Shown here: one piece after another, positions 31,932-32,000 of the stretch
Layout: each line of letters begins with the position of its first letter
Position numbering within the stretch: the first letter of the stretch is position 1
From: Butyrivibrio fibrisolvens
Lineage (GTDB): Bacteria > Bacillota > Clostridia > Lachnospirales > Lachnospiraceae
NCBI RefSeq assembly: GCF_037113525.1
Contig: NZ_CP146963.1
Coordinates: forward strand, 2,553,052 to 2,585,051
DNA: 32,000 nucleotides
Direction: 5' to 3'
Translations under genes and position numbers: made by a program
Notes under the pieces: generated by a model
What the model was told of the DNA's origin: nothing
The model's input: only the letters and a program-made list of their open reading frames with translations
Database searches by the model: none

Positions 31932-32000
31932 TTACGCATAATCATCATTAAGCCAGTTACGAAGCAGGTTTGCTGCTGCTTCAGGATTCTGCTCAACAAA
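31932..32000 (-). CDS. fliF: C-terminal end of the MS-ring protein FliF (gene continues past the right edge)
   Basis: The reverse complement of 32000..31932 reads FVEQNPEAAANLLRNWLNDDYA*, a typical FliF C-terminus. Its stop is 14 nt before the fliG ATG. The track's 31751..31999 ORF is in another frame. Confidence 0.7.
   Translation of the reverse strand, partial: FVEQNPEAAANLLRNWLNDDYA

Noticed and set aside
31751-31999. 82-aa minus-strand ORF from the track overlapping the start of fliG
   Set aside because: It is in a different frame from both fliG and the FliF C-terminus (FVEQNPEAAANLLRNWLNDDYA*), which explain these bases.

Overview
The window is almost entirely one minus-strand flagellar and chemotaxis super-operon of the Bacillus fla/che type. 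Organism guess from gene order, protein style and about 40-45% GC by eye: a Firmicute, probably Clostridia/Lachnospiraceae. Read in the direction of transcription (right to left), the gene order is: fliF' (C-terminal end), fliG, fliH, fliI, fliJ, ylxF-like, then a 4.4-kb non-flagellar insertion, then fliK, flgD, a TIGR02530-like gene and flgE, then a 350-bp AT-rich gap, then motA, motB, fliL, fliM, fliY, cheY, fliO/Z, fliP, fliQ, fliR, flhB, flhA, flhF, flhG, a PilZ gene, cheB and cheA' (N-terminal part). No tRNA, rRNA, CRISPR array or cas gene was seen. All protein calls rest on motifs I recognise by eye, not on searches. Five things deserve a second look. (1) An accessory island at 22364-26735 splits the conserved ylxF-fliK junction. 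It is bracketed by two unrelated long inverted-repeat (MITE-like) elements and carries four genes: a Rpn/YhgA-type PD-(D/E)XK nuclease, a 65-aa downstream ORF, a DUF4230-like protein and a polytopic membrane protein. (2) A two-hairpin intergenic module occurs four times. Base changes between copies keep the stems paired, and both loops always contain GGA. Two copies form a near-perfect 57-bp tandem duplication directly upstream of the ylxF-like start, where the sense RNA shows ACAGGAUGU loops resembling the CsrA SELEX consensus. (3) A second family of perfect hairpins shares GAGTTA...TAACTC outer stems and GAN triloops on the sense strand. Three hairpins, two of them of this family, stand back to back between cheB and cheA. 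(4) FlgE is very large (1016 aa), with about 600 inserted residues arranged as six roughly 90-aa repeats. (5) A sigma-28-type promoter match lies inside the operon upstream of cheY.
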